Below, in pieces: positions 1 to 9,818 of a stretch of DNA of 64,000 nt. Both the position numbers and the translations under genes were made by a program. Source of the DNA: Candidatus Poribacteria bacterium (GTDB taxonomy: Bacteria > Poribacteria > WGA-4E > UBA9662); contig JAYZAL010000016.1 in NCBI GenBank assembly GCA_036339735.1, positions 23,499 through 87,498 on the forward strand, written 5' to 3'. The notes beneath the pieces are model-generated. The model ran no database searches. It was given only the letters and a program-made list of their open reading frames with translations, and was not told where the DNA came from. Numbering within the stretch: position 1 is the first letter of the stretch; each line of letters starts with the position of its first letter.

Positions 1-624
1 AATATGAAGGGTTGAACTGTTTAGCTCTGGGTTATGAACAAGTTGAGCTAATTGGTTGTAAAGTATACGACGACCAGAATCAGTTGCATGATAACGTAAC
101 CATTGCAATAAATTCGATACTTCCAAGGCATGTTCTGGTTCTAACAGACGAGGTACAAGTCTCTCAAATACAATTTGCTGTATTGGAAACTGTAGCGGCT
201 CATCAGTACGCCTATTAGTGCTAGCCAGATGAATGATAGTATTAACCAATAATTTTAGTTGTTGATAGGATGAAGCTGATCGGATAGCCGTGGAAAAGAA
301 TCTGCTAATCCTATCTTGCGTGTCCTGATTCGACCTTGTTTCCTGATTTAGTAAAACAACCAAATCTAGTAATTTCTGATCGACAACCGTTAGTTGAAGC
401 AGAGCTTGTGTTACTGATTCTAATAGAACTGGTGTTTTTAGTTCATCTCTTTCGAGAACTAAGGCTACCAACTCTAAAATCTCCTGACGTTGGCTAACTG
501 TTTGATTTACTAAAGCTAAATCTAACTGCTTAGACACTTGCTTTTGGATCGTTTCTATCTCACCCCAAGCAGGCATTTGGTCGGCGCTCAGTTGAATTTG
601 TATGTTATTAAGCCATTCAGTCAT
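1..624 (-). CDS. Hypothetical Leu-rich, probably alpha-helical protein; runs off the left edge
   Basis: Manual translation from ATG at 624 (MTEWLNNIQIQLSADQMPAWGEIE...) has no stop down to position 1; absent from the ORF track because it is truncated. Confidence 0.75.
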   Translation of the reverse strand, partial: MTEWLNNIQIQLSADQMPAWGEIETIQKQVSKQLDLALVNQTVSQRQEILELVALVLERDELKTPVLLESVTQALLQLTVVDQKLLDLVVLLNQETRSNQDTQDRISRFFSTAIRSASSYQQLKLLVNTIIHLASTNRRTDEPLQFPIQQIVFERLVPRLLEPEHALEVSNLLQWLRYHATDSGRRILYNQLAQLVHNPELNSSTLHI

Positions 625-672
625 AAATAGAAAGTTTTATAATAACTAATTACCAATTTGAAGAAATGCAAG

Positions 673-2133
673 TTAGCTCAGAATAGGTGTGATGATTTTA
701 CCATAAACATCGGTCAACCGAATATCACGCCCACTGAATCGGTAGGTTTGGCGGGTGTGATCGATACCAAGTAGATGTAGTATAGTTGCGTGAAGATCAT
801 GGATTGTAACAATGTCCTTTATAGCACGATAGCCATATTCATCGGTTTCTCCATGAATCGTTCCACCTTTGATACCTCCACCAGCTAACCAAATTGAAAA
901 GCCAAACGGATTATGATCTCTGCCGTCTCGGCCTTGTGAAAAAGGTGTTCTCCCAAACTCACCAGCCCATATAACTAGTGTTTCGTCCAGCAAACCTCGA
1001 GACTTTAAATCTTTAAGTAAAGCTGCAATAGGTTGATCAATAGCCAGTGCATTTCTTTTGTGTCCGACTTCGAGACCTCCGTGCTGATCCCAGCGATCGG
1101 CAGCAACTTTTGGACATGTCAGTTCAACAAATCTAACACCACGTTCAACTAAGCGGCGGGCTAACAAACATTGTCGCGCATAGACCTTAGTTGGTTCGAA
1201 TGAAGAGTTAAAACCATATAGATCTTGAATTTTTTCGCTTTCCCCTGAAAAATCGACTAATTCTGGAACTGTCGATTGCATTCTGTAAGCTAATTCGTAG
1301 TTAGATATTGCTGATTCGACTTCGTCACAATTGCCGATCCGGCTTAACAGTCGTCGGTCGAGAGCATTAATGAGCTTAAGCTTATTTGTTTTTTGATGAT
1401 CGTTATTTTTTTCACTAGTAATATTTGCAATAGGTCGAGCCCCTGATTGAAATAGTGAGCCTTGGTAGTGTGCAGGTAGAAAGCCATTACTAAAACAATC
1501 AAGACCACCTGATGGAATCAAACCACCATTTAAAACAACGAAGCCTGGTAGGTTTTGATTTTCGCTACCCAAACCATAATTTACCCAAGCTCCCATACTA
1601 GGCCGACCTTGTAAACCATGACCCGTATGAAGATAATAATTAGCATTGGTGTGCTCAGAAAACTCAGATACCATTGACCGAATAACAGCTAAATCATCGA
1701 CACAGGTTGCGATACAAGGAAAGAGCTCGCTGACGGGGATACCACTTTGTCCATATTGTTGAAATGCCCAGGGACTCTTCATGATTCCACCATCTTGATT
1801 AAACTGCGTAGGCTCAGTTTCTATTGTCATTGGTTGACCATTTTCTTTTTCCAGAATAGGTTTAGGATCCCAGGAGTCAACTTGGGAAACTCCACCATCC
1901 ATATACAGGAAAATGACATTTTTGGCTTTTGGCTGAAAATGAGGCTGATTAGTAGAAGGAAGGTTGATATCATCAACCCTACCACCAAAACTCTTCGAAG
2001 CTGCTAAGCCAATTAAAGCTACGGAACCAAATCCATTAGAACATAGACTTAACATCTGTCGGCGTTTTAATCTAGTCAGACTTTCGATTGGCATACTCTG
2101 ATAATCTCTGGTAAATTTGTCGTCAAATCTCAA
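673..2133 (-). CDS. DUF1501 family protein (Planctomycete-type, sulfatase-like); true start may be the downstream ATG (MPIESL...)
   Basis: Motifs AKNVIFLYMDGGVSQVDSWDPKP, LARRLVERGVRFVE, WDQH, GEFGRTP, GRDH; twin-Arg-like RRQML near the N-terminus. Confidence 0.9.
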   Translation of the reverse strand: MRFDDKFTRDYQSMPIESLTRLKRRQMLSLCSNGFGSVALIGLAASKSFGGRVDDINLPSTNQPHFQPKAKNVIFLYMDGGVSQVDSWDPKPILEKENGQPMTIETEPTQFNQDGGIMKSPWAFQQYGQSGIPVSELFPCIATCVDDLAVIRSMVSEFSEHTNANYYLHTGHGLQGRPSMGAWVNYGLGSENQNLPGFVVLNGGLIPSGGLDCFSNGFLPAHYQGSLFQSGARPIANITSEKNNDHQKTNKLKLINALDRRLLSRIGNCDEVESAISNYELAYRMQSTVPELVDFSGESEKIQDLYGFNSSFEPTKVYARQCLLARRLVERGVRFVELTCPKVAADRWDQHGGLEVGHKRNALAIDQPIAALLKDLKSRGLLDETLVIWAGEFGRTPFSQGRDGRDHNPFGFSIWLAGGGIKGGTIHGETDEYGYRAIKDIVTIHDLHATILHLLGIDHTRQTYRFSGRDIRLTDVYGKIITPILS

Positions 2134-2144
2134 AAATCAAGTAT

Positions 2145-2185
2145 AAAAAAATAGGCGAGAAGCCCCGAGTGAGACTCTCGCCTAT
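2145..2185 (-). terminator. Intrinsic terminator after the LysM lipoprotein gene
   Basis: Inverted repeat ATAGGCGAGA/TCTCGCCTAT followed by a T7 tract on the minus strand. Confidence 0.75.
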
Positions 2186-2208
2186 TGTGAAAAATTTTTA
2201 TGATGAAC

Positions 2209-3120
2209 TTACTCAGAGTCCCCCCAAGCTGCTCCCCTCGGAACCCATAGGCGCTGGCCAGACACAATCCGATTCGGATCAAAATCGTAGTCGTCTTGGT
2301 TCGCTTCGACCAGTCGTGGCCACTTGCTACTGTCCCCGTAAACTTGCGGTTTGGCTGCAATAGCTGGCAAGGTATCTCCTGACTGAACGGTGTATTGACT
2401 GACCAACTCAACACCCTCAATTGAAAAACTAAACTGGTAAGACTCTTGTAGGGTATTACCAGCAAGGTCTTTGACGCTAGCTACGGTAACTTTGTAGCTT
2501 TTGAGCGCGTTGGCTGCATTGGAAGACCCCTCGGCGGTTAATGGAGACGAAAAAGCAAAAGTTAGCATGTCTCCACTACCAGAGGCTTCCCCTGGAACTT
2601 CACGTGTGTTATTCGCAGCGTCGGTTTCAATTACTGAAACTGTTCCGGTGTTTGTATCAACCGCCTCTGAAAAACGGACGGAGACGCTGGAAAGTACATT
2701 CTGGGCGTCGGTAAATTCAGAAAAGGTTTCAGCATCACGTGGCTCAGTAGAAACTACTCTTGGTGGGGTTGCGTCAGTAAACTTGAACGATCCCACAGAG
2801 ACAACCTCTTCTTCTTTTCTATTGTTGTAAATGGAGACCGTAGCAGACTTACCGGCTTGTCCTACCGGCGTTCGGAATGTTAAAGATGTAGCGTCAGTCA
2901 CCGTGGCTGTAATATTTTTCCCATCGAACTTAACAGTAACGCCACTTTTTAAATCAAACTTGTCGCCTGTTATTCTCACAGACGTTCCACCGGTTTCTGG
3001 TCCCTCGGTTGGTGTCATGTCGCTTGGTATTGGTGGCGGATTACATCCAGCACAGCCAGCCATCCAGACAACGATCAACGTTAGCAGGACACCTGCTATG
3101 ATGTTTCTAAAATTGTTCAT
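2209..3120 (-). CDS. Lipoprotein with IPT/TIG, bacterial Ig-like (Big_5) and C-terminal LysM domains
   Basis: Lipobox MAGC; PTEGPETGGTSVRITG (TIG); DATPPRVVSTEP...VRFSEAVD...VKDLAGN (Big_5); YTVQSGDTLPAIA...YGDSSKWPRLVEAN...IVSGQRLWVP (LysM); RBS AGGAG. Confidence 0.85.
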   Translation of the reverse strand: MNNFRNIIAGVLLTLIVVWMAGCAGCNPPPIPSDMTPTEGPETGGTSVRITGDKFDLKSGVTVKFDGKNITATVTDATSLTFRTPVGQAGKSATVSIYNNRKEEEVVSVGSFKFTDATPPRVVSTEPRDAETFSEFTDAQNVLSSVSVRFSEAVDTNTGTVSVIETDAANNTREVPGEASGSGDMLTFAFSSPLTAEGSSNAANALKSYKVTVASVKDLAGNTLQESYQFSFSIEGVELVSQYTVQSGDTLPAIAAKPQVYGDSSKWPRLVEANQDDYDFDPNRIVSGQRLWVPRGAAWGDSE

Positions 3121-3249
3121 AAAAACTTAATCTCCTAAAATAACTTCGTCAGCGTCGATTATTAAGATTGCAGATTGCAGATTGCGACTGCCAGTGCCAA
3201 GGTTTGAAGAACGACATTAAATACAGTACAGAGACGAACGTAGTTCGCA

Positions 3250-3278
3250 AGTATACTTGTTGGGCATTTTTTTGTCAA
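3250..3278 (-). promoter_or_regulatory. Sigma70-type promoter for the LysM lipoprotein gene
   Basis: TTGACA-N17-TATACT on the minus strand, about 130 nt upstream of the ATG. Confidence 0.7.
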
Positions 3279-3339
3279 TACCTTTCTGGTAAGTTTTGTA
3301 GGCTAAATCCCTATAGTGCCTTAGGTTAATTTCACGCAT

Positions 3340-6300
3340 TCAACGAAGAATTGCCAATTTTCCAATTTGGCTGACATATGAATTTGCACTAACTTTAGTG
3401 GCCGAATGAGCGGTAATTTTATAAAAATAGGTTCCATTAGCCAGAGGATGGCCAAGAATATCGCGAACGTCCCAAAAGGCTTCATTATAACCTCTCTGAG
3501 ATGATACGTCTTCTAACGTTTGAATCAGTCGGCCAGATATTGTGTAAATTTTGATGGTTACTTGATCTGCAGCTTGAGCTAAGTTGTACGTGAAAACGGT
3601 ATTGTCAAGAACTGGATTAGGCACATTAACATAATCAGTAATTTTGATCATCTCATTAAGCTCAAAGGATAGAACCTTCATATTAGAAATATTTTCACTA
3701 GTATCACTCGCTTGTACTCGAATATGGTAAATACCGTTACTCAAGTCTGGAGTAAAGCGTAAAATCGTTCTAGTTTTTTCAACCGGATAAATTTGATAAT
3801 TGTCTGGTGATATGGCCTCTAAAGACTGGTTCATCCGTCCCAAAAACAATTCGATTGTTTCGTCTGCAACTTGATAATCATCTTTAATATGGATCTCAAA
3901 TTTTGGTTGAATATTCAACTCTACCTGATCAACCAATGGCTCTTTATTAATCAGTACTACAATCTCCGGTGCCTGTAGATCCGGATTCTTCTCAACCTGA
4001 TACACAAATTCATAAAACGGGCCGTCTCCTAGTCGATAACCGTTGTAATCTTCAGCTGTTATCCGAAAAATATAGTAACCTGGAAATAGAACAGGCTCGT
4101 AACGGATTGGAACCGTACGAAATGTATCAGTCTTAGGAATTTCTAGATTTTTTACAGGTTGAAACTCAGCTCCGTCGCGGCTAAATGACATACGAAATTT
4201 TTCCATATTGATACCACTAGAATCTTCCAACAACATGGAAATTTCAGGCCTAGGTGGAATAGTACTCTTGGGAACCGCAACTTCTCCATCAACCCAGATT
4301 TGAAACTTAGGTGGAAACCAGTCTTGACTGTATAACATCGTTACCGTATCAAAAGTAAAATCTTCAGGTTGTACCGTTGCTCTAACAACTCCAACTTCTG
4401 TCGTACTAAATTTAATAGTATCACCAAAACCAAATGGCTGTTCGCCAGCCATAACTAATACGTCAACACCAATCTCTTTCAAGCTCAACGGCTGATTCGT
4501 AGTCCCTGTAACCAACATGCCAAAAGAATAACGGAGCGGATTATTGAAGCTATCCCGAATCTCGTATACATTATCGTCGTGAAAAAAAAGAATCCAGTCT
4601 CCGGTACGGAACTTTTCTGGATAATCTTTGCTAGCTGACGCGTGAGCCGTCCCGGTACCTAGATTTTTGCTTCGTGTATGATCAACTCGAATTTCATTAC
4701 TCGTACCAAGTTGTGTGCTAAAAACGAGGGCATCTCCGTACTCAAATGGTATTTTAGGTTCAGGTACAGTCAACTGAAGGCCGATCACTTCATCCCGGAA
4801 TGTATTTCCAACTCTCCCGGTGTTTCCTAATTTTTCAATATTATCCGTACCTTTCGGTTTCAACATCACTTCATATTGAAAGGAATTAAGAAAAAAGATT
4901 ACCCACTCTGCTACTGGTGTCATATGAGAATCTATTCGGATTTGGTGTCGGCGTAATGGTTCTGTACTGGTATTCTCTAATTGAGTCGGAGTAACAAACT
5001 GTTCCAAAGCCAGAATACTATTTTGTCTGAGGCTAACTTCTTTATTTTTAAGATCCGGTTCATTCTCCTGGGGCAGATTAGGTAGTTTTTGGCTAGGGTC
5101 ATAATTAGGATTATAATCGATATCTGAACCAAGCCGCTCCCACAGTTTGAAATCTGATCTCCATTTATAAAAAGAAAGCCACTGCACTTCTCGTTTGAGA
5201 GCCTTTTGAAAACCCTCCATACCTGGCACCAGTGTGTACTTCTTTTGGATGTTCTGTTCCATTTGGTCAATGTCAAACCGTAGTTTTAATTCAATCGGTT
5301 TAACTAATTTTGCTTCTTGAGCATTAATTTGTAGTTTATAAGCTATGGGCCCATCAGATTTACGTAGAGCCCTCAAAGTTGCAATCCGAGGTAGAGGAGC
5401 CTCCAGCAGTTCGGTCTGGAAGGTACTTTTTGCCTTCAGGTTTTTGATTGAGATTGGAATACTTTGTTGACTCACAATCGAATTAGCCGGAAAATTTACA
5501 TCCAAAATATGATCTAGACTTAGGGCTACAAGCGACTCATTCGGCTTGAGTTGGTATTCGTTTACTATAAAAATACTATAGCCAACGTTATCAAACGAAC
5601 GTGGTTCATCTAACTTACCATACACAGAATCGAAATGGTCATCATCAGCTCCTTCTGGGTCAACTAAAGCATAAATCTTGTGACTACCAGTAGACAAAGG
5701 CTGATCAAGCATCAATTGAACTGTATAAGACTGACGAATATCTCCTTTTGTCTTAGGTTGATGATTATTCCACTGTTCTGGATTGATGGTAACGAAACCA
5801 AATATATTGGCATCAGTATCAATTTCAAAATCACTGTTTTTATCTAAATCGTCCTCACTAAACCAAACCTCAACAGGAATTGTGACGGGTTGACCACCAA
5901 TATTCTCAATATCGGCACTCAGTAAGTAGGTATTCTTGGTTTTTGAAAATTCGTAACGGATAGGGGGACCGAGACTAGCCTTTGAGGCAATTGCAAGGTT
6001 AGCGCCTTCTGGAACTTCAGCTCTTTGTGTTTCGCTTTTGACCTCTTGGTTAGTTACATCAACAACTTTGATTTCATATCGAACCGTTTTACCCGATTTG
6101 GGCAAGGGAATTGGTTCTTCCAACTTAAACCAAGCTCCGTTTGTGATAACTGGTTTGCTATATTCAGGAGCTAATATCATTTTATACGAATGATCAATAA
6201 AATTTTCAGTATCCATCCATAAGGCCTCAACGGACTTAATTCCACCTTGACCTTGATTGTCAGCAATTTGAACAAAAATTTCTAATGTTCTTGTATTTTG

Positions 6301-9300
6301 ATCATCCATCACAGGCTCAATCGCTACGATGATCGGCTGGTAGGTCCAAAATTTTGCTCCACCGATGGCAGCTCTCTTGTTATCACTAGCAAAAAAACGA
6401 ACTGCGCCGGCCCCAGTTGCGACACCACGAGGTACTGGAATTTGAATTTCCCCGAACTCTCCTTGCCATACTCGGATTTGCTTTCGTTGACGAACTAGCT
6501 CAACTTCGGAGTCTTTTTTCTTAGGAAAGACAGCAGTTGCCATCATTGTTTCTGTATTAAAGTCGATAGCTTTTTGAAAAAATAACTGACCAGTATCTTG
6601 ACGAAGAAGATTTCTACCGATGATATTATTCTTCACAATAATTTTTTGGTTAGGATCCAAGGCTATGGAATTAAGATCAACCTGAATCTGCAAGTCAGGA
6701 ATAGCTAACTTAGTGGCAGGGTCGCCAAATAGAATATACTGTTCAGCTCCCGGAATATAATGCAGCGCGGCTTCGCTTATGAAGCGGGTTTTGGCATGAC
6801 CAACGATGGCTCCAATAATGGATGGTTTAACACTAAACATTGCTGTGAATAAATCTTCATCAAATAGAGCATTTCCATAACCATATGTTAGGCGGCTAGC
6901 AGCTAGTGAGGCAATCGCTCCATGTTGATTATTAACGAAAGCTTCACTTAAGCTTTGTTCTCCATATTGAAGCGGTTTGTCAAATTGCCCGTTAAGACAT
7001 GTAGTTGTGATCATAAAGGGTAAGTACTCATTAGACATTAACTGGGCATCTTGTAGACGAAAGATTGACTCGTCAGCCCATTGTTGTGTGCCACCGTGCC
7101 CCGAATATTCGGCAATTAAAACCCCCTGATCTAAGGTTCTTTTTATCTCCTGATTGGTATTGAGTGGACTTACAATTTCTCTTAGGTATATTTTTTCCAC
7201 ATCGTAATCAACGGGGATAAAGTTATTAATTATATTCTCACGACTTAGTTCAAAGATATCATCTTGGCCAGGGTTATCAATTTCGTTATCAGCAACTTGC
7301 ATAATACGTGCTTGCCAACGGCCAATTTTTGGATTTTGCTCATAGTCAATAATTTTGCCAACGACCGTATTTAATTCATGTTGCCTCTGGACAGCTAACC
7401 GACCTATAAACATATCCGGTATAGAATCATCACCACTTATATTGACGAATCGTTGGTCCATTGCTGTTTCTCCACTCTCAGGCGACCAACCATGAAAAGT
7501 TGGCAGAAAATTGGGGTACAGATCATAATCAGTACCGAATTCTTCTCGGTAACGAGCAACCATTGATCGCTTATAGTCATAATGCGCATCACCAACTAAT
7601 AAGACATATGTAGGGGCAGGTTTTTGCCAATTGGTATAGGTATAACGTAGAAATCTCTGAATAGCATGTGGGTTAAAAATACCACCAGCGAATAGATCGT
7701 AGACTTCATCTACGTCAACAACCTTAACATTTAGGCCCTGTGATCGACGAAATTCGACTAGTGGTTGAATTCCTTCAATGAAATTTTCGTGACTAATGAC
7801 AATATAATCGGCTTGGTTAGCTGGCCTTCGTAAATCCGAAGGTTTTGCTGGTATTAACTTAGGAATGTAGTAATATGCAGATCTAGAAAGAGCCGCATAC
7901 TCGGTGCGTTGGATAATCTGGTCTTGAAATACTAGGTTGAAATTAGGTTTTTCAGTGTCAACTTTTGCTCCGACCAATCGAGCCTCAATCCCTCCGTTGA
8001 CTATTCGATATAAATCAACTGGTTGCTTACTAAAGTCAGTCAAAGTGTATTGAACGACAGTGTTTCGGGGAATGGGATCGACCTCAGAATTGAACAAAAG
8101 TACATCGCCAATGGCTCTGAACGTTCGCCAATAATCAAACTCAAACCAGTCGAGATAGAAGTCAGCTTTACTTATAGAAGTACCATTGTTATCTTCACTA
8201 ATGATATTTAAAAAATTGTCATGATCGTCGAAAATCATCTGTCGTTGTGGAAATTGTCGAGTAATTAACGGGGCACCTTGTTTACGCCATTCAACTATTG
8301 GTAATAATTGGTGCCCATTTAGAATGATTCGGGCTCGATGTGTAGCATTTCGCTTGACCGTCCGGCCTTGTAACTTTACACGCAATTCAGCCTGCCTATT
8401 GGTACTCAGGCGAGGGACTGTTCCAAGAAAATTAACCCGAAAATCCTTTTGTCGAATGGCTTTGACTGACGACCCCGTCAGTGTAGTCCAGAAATAATGA
8501 TCCACCAACTCTGAGCGGACTTGAGTCAATGGATCATAGAACCGATCTTTTTCCATGTGAATTGTAGTTTTGAATGATCGTGCTGAAACAATACCATCTA
8601 CTTGGGGAGAAACATTTACATCTCTGACTTGTGTAGTTGAGGTTGGCAAACCAAGCTCATTCTGTCCCCAACTCAACCAATAGATATTTTCATCAGTAAA
8701 TTTATTATTTTCTAACTTTTGACCGTAAAAAACGATAAAGTCTGCTTCATCGAAATAATCATTTTTATCCAAATCAAAAATATAAATACCAACAGCGCGT
8801 GCACCACTACTCATTCGAAGCGTTTTGAGGTCGACCTCATTTAAGCCTATACCAACAGATTTGAAATCTTCAGATACAATCCTGTATATTCCAGTTTGAT
8901 AGATCGGTATTTTGAATCGTTGGTTATCACTAGTTGAGGCATAGGGAGCAGAAGAAAGTGATACAGGTGGTTTTCGCCATTTGCGAGCTTGGTCATAGTT
9001 CAGCAAAGTTGATTGAAGATAATCTTCAATGTATGGAGAGACTAGTGTAGAATTATCCACAGAGTAATTAGATGTTGGCAAATCGATCCGAAAAGTTGCT
9101 GACTGAATTCGGGGGTCAACGGAAATTCGGCCAATCCTCTGGGATTGCATGAAACCAATGGGTGAAATACTGATGATTTGAACTGAATCCAACTGATCGG
9201 TGGATTCAAAAGCTGAAGAAGCGATCAAAGATACTGTAGGACTGCCGGCCGGTGGTATTCCGATCAGAGCTACCAAGTGTCCGTGCTGATCCCGATTAGA

Positions 9301-9495
9301 AAAAGATGACGATCTTAATGACGGAGAAGCCTGAAATGAAACAACCAGCCGATTACTGTCCGATTGTAATAATTGGAAGTTAGAAGTTTGGGATGAAACT
9401 TCCGAGACTTCGACGCCAAAACAGACGAGCACTAGCAATAAATATGGCGACTTGTACTCAATCAGGCGAATGAACCAACTAAATGTAGATTGCAA
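3340..9495 (-). CDS. Peptidase C25 (gingipain/PorU-like) multidomain protein with CARDB/Ig-like domains and a C-terminal FlgD-Ig/T9SS-like domain
   Basis: ADYIVISH, YVLLVGDAHYD, PDMFIGRL, catalytic-His motif YSGHGG, catalytic-Cys motif TTTCLNGQFD, YILFGDPA; C-terminus NVPNPV...IKIYTISGRLI...WD...LANGTYFYKI...GKLAILR. Confidence 0.88.
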   Translation of the reverse strand: MQSTFSWFIRLIEYKSPYLLLVLVCFGVEVSEVSSQTSNFQLLQSDSNRLVVSFQASPSLRSSSFSNRDQHGHLVALIGIPPAGSPTVSLIASSAFESTDQLDSVQIISISPIGFMQSQRIGRISVDPRIQSATFRIDLPTSNYSVDNSTLVSPYIEDYLQSTLLNYDQARKWRKPPVSLSSAPYASTSDNQRFKIPIYQTGIYRIVSEDFKSVGIGLNEVDLKTLRMSSGARAVGIYIFDLDKNDYFDEADFIVFYGQKLENNKFTDENIYWLSWGQNELGLPTSTTQVRDVNVSPQVDGIVSARSFKTTIHMEKDRFYDPLTQVRSELVDHYFWTTLTGSSVKAIRQKDFRVNFLGTVPRLSTNRQAELRVKLQGRTVKRNATHRARIILNGHQLLPIVEWRKQGAPLITRQFPQRQMIFDDHDNFLNIISEDNNGTSISKADFYLDWFEFDYWRTFRAIGDVLLFNSEVDPIPRNTVVQYTLTDFSKQPVDLYRIVNGGIEARLVGAKVDTEKPNFNLVFQDQIIQRTEYAALSRSAYYYIPKLIPAKPSDLRRPANQADYIVISHENFIEGIQPLVEFRRSQGLNVKVVDVDEVYDLFAGGIFNPHAIQRFLRYTYTNWQKPAPTYVLLVGDAHYDYKRSMVARYREEFGTDYDLYPNFLPTFHGWSPESGETAMDQRFVNISGDDSIPDMFIGRLAVQRQHELNTVVGKIIDYEQNPKIGRWQARIMQVADNEIDNPGQDDIFELSRENIINNFIPVDYDVEKIYLREIVSPLNTNQEIKRTLDQGVLIAEYSGHGGTQQWADESIFRLQDAQLMSNEYLPFMITTTCLNGQFDKPLQYGEQSLSEAFVNNQHGAIASLAASRLTYGYGNALFDEDLFTAMFSVKPSIIGAIVGHAKTRFISEAALHYIPGAEQYILFGDPATKLAIPDLQIQVDLNSIALDPNQKIIVKNNIIGRNLLRQDTGQLFFQKAIDFNTETMMATAVFPKKKDSEVELVRQRKQIRVWQGEFGEIQIPVPRGVATGAGAVRFFASDNKRAAIGGAKFWTYQPIIVAIEPVMDDQNTRTLEIFVQIADNQGQGGIKSVEALWMDTENFIDHSYKMILAPEYSKPVITNGAWFKLEEPIPLPKSGKTVRYEIKVVDVTNQEVKSETQRAEVPEGANLAIASKASLGPPIRYEFSKTKNTYLLSADIENIGGQPVTIPVEVWFSEDDLDKNSDFEIDTDANIFGFVTINPEQWNNHQPKTKGDIRQSYTVQLMLDQPLSTGSHKIYALVDPEGADDDHFDSVYGKLDEPRSFDNVGYSIFIVNEYQLKPNESLVALSLDHILDVNFPANSIVSQQSIPISIKNLKAKSTFQTELLEAPLPRIATLRALRKSDGPIAYKLQINAQEAKLVKPIELKLRFDIDQMEQNIQKKYTLVPGMEGFQKALKREVQWLSFYKWRSDFKLWERLGSDIDYNPNYDPSQKLPNLPQENEPDLKNKEVSLRQNSILALEQFVTPTQLENTSTEPLRRHQIRIDSHMTPVAEWVIFFLNSFQYEVMLKPKGTDNIEKLGNTGRVGNTFRDEVIGLQLTVPEPKIPFEYGDALVFSTQLGTSNEIRVDHTRSKNLGTGTAHASASKDYPEKFRTGDWILFFHDDNVYEIRDSFNNPLRYSFGMLVTGTTNQPLSLKEIGVDVLVMAGEQPFGFGDTIKFSTTEVGVVRATVQPEDFTFDTVTMLYSQDWFPPKFQIWVDGEVAVPKSTIPPRPEISMLLEDSSGINMEKFRMSFSRDGAEFQPVKNLEIPKTDTFRTVPIRYEPVLFPGYYIFRITAEDYNGYRLGDGPFYEFVYQVEKNPDLQAPEIVVLINKEPLVDQVELNIQPKFEIHIKDDYQVADETIELFLGRMNQSLEAISPDNYQIYPVEKTRTILRFTPDLSNGIYHIRVQASDTSENISNMKVLSFELNEMIKITDYVNVPNPVLDNTVFTYNLAQAADQVTIKIYTISGRLIQTLEDVSSQRGYNEAFWDVRDILGHPLANGTYFYKITAHSATKVSANSYVSQIGKLAILR

Positions 9496-9546
9496 AGGAA
9501 CAACAAATTCTGATTAACGAAAATCTATTAGTACATTTTATGTAGA

Positions 9547-9804
9547 TTACTCCAACAATTGGTAAAGGCCACTGATCTGACTCTTTGGTACATTACCTGT
9601 TGGTATCTCCAGAACTTTATAGCTTTTTAGGCCACGGTTCTGCCGATCACCAAAATCTATGGTAATCATATCGCCAATAGCAACGGTTTTGGAAGCTTTA
9701 GCTAACCTGTTATTGACCATTACTTTTCCACGAACGCAAATCTCGTTAGCTATTGGGCGACGTTTGATAATCCGGCTAGATTGGAGAAATTTATCGAGAC
9801 GCAT
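9547..9804 (-). CDS. rqcP: S4-domain RNA-binding protein, YabO/RqcP type (ribosome quality control)
   Basis: 85 aa, MRLDKFL..SRIIKRR..A...AKAS..V..GD.I.I.FG matches the YabO pattern; lacks the C-terminal extension of Hsp15. Confidence 0.75.
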   Translation of the reverse strand: MRLDKFLQSSRIIKRRPIANEICVRGKVMVNNRLAKASKTVAIGDMITIDFGDRQNRGLKSYKVLEIPTGNVPKSQISGLYQLLE

Positions 9805-9818
9805 GTCTGCAATATTTT

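Noticed and set aside
12-218. Plus-strand 68-aa ORF
   Set aside because: Antisense to a longer minus-strand frame open from 624 to 1
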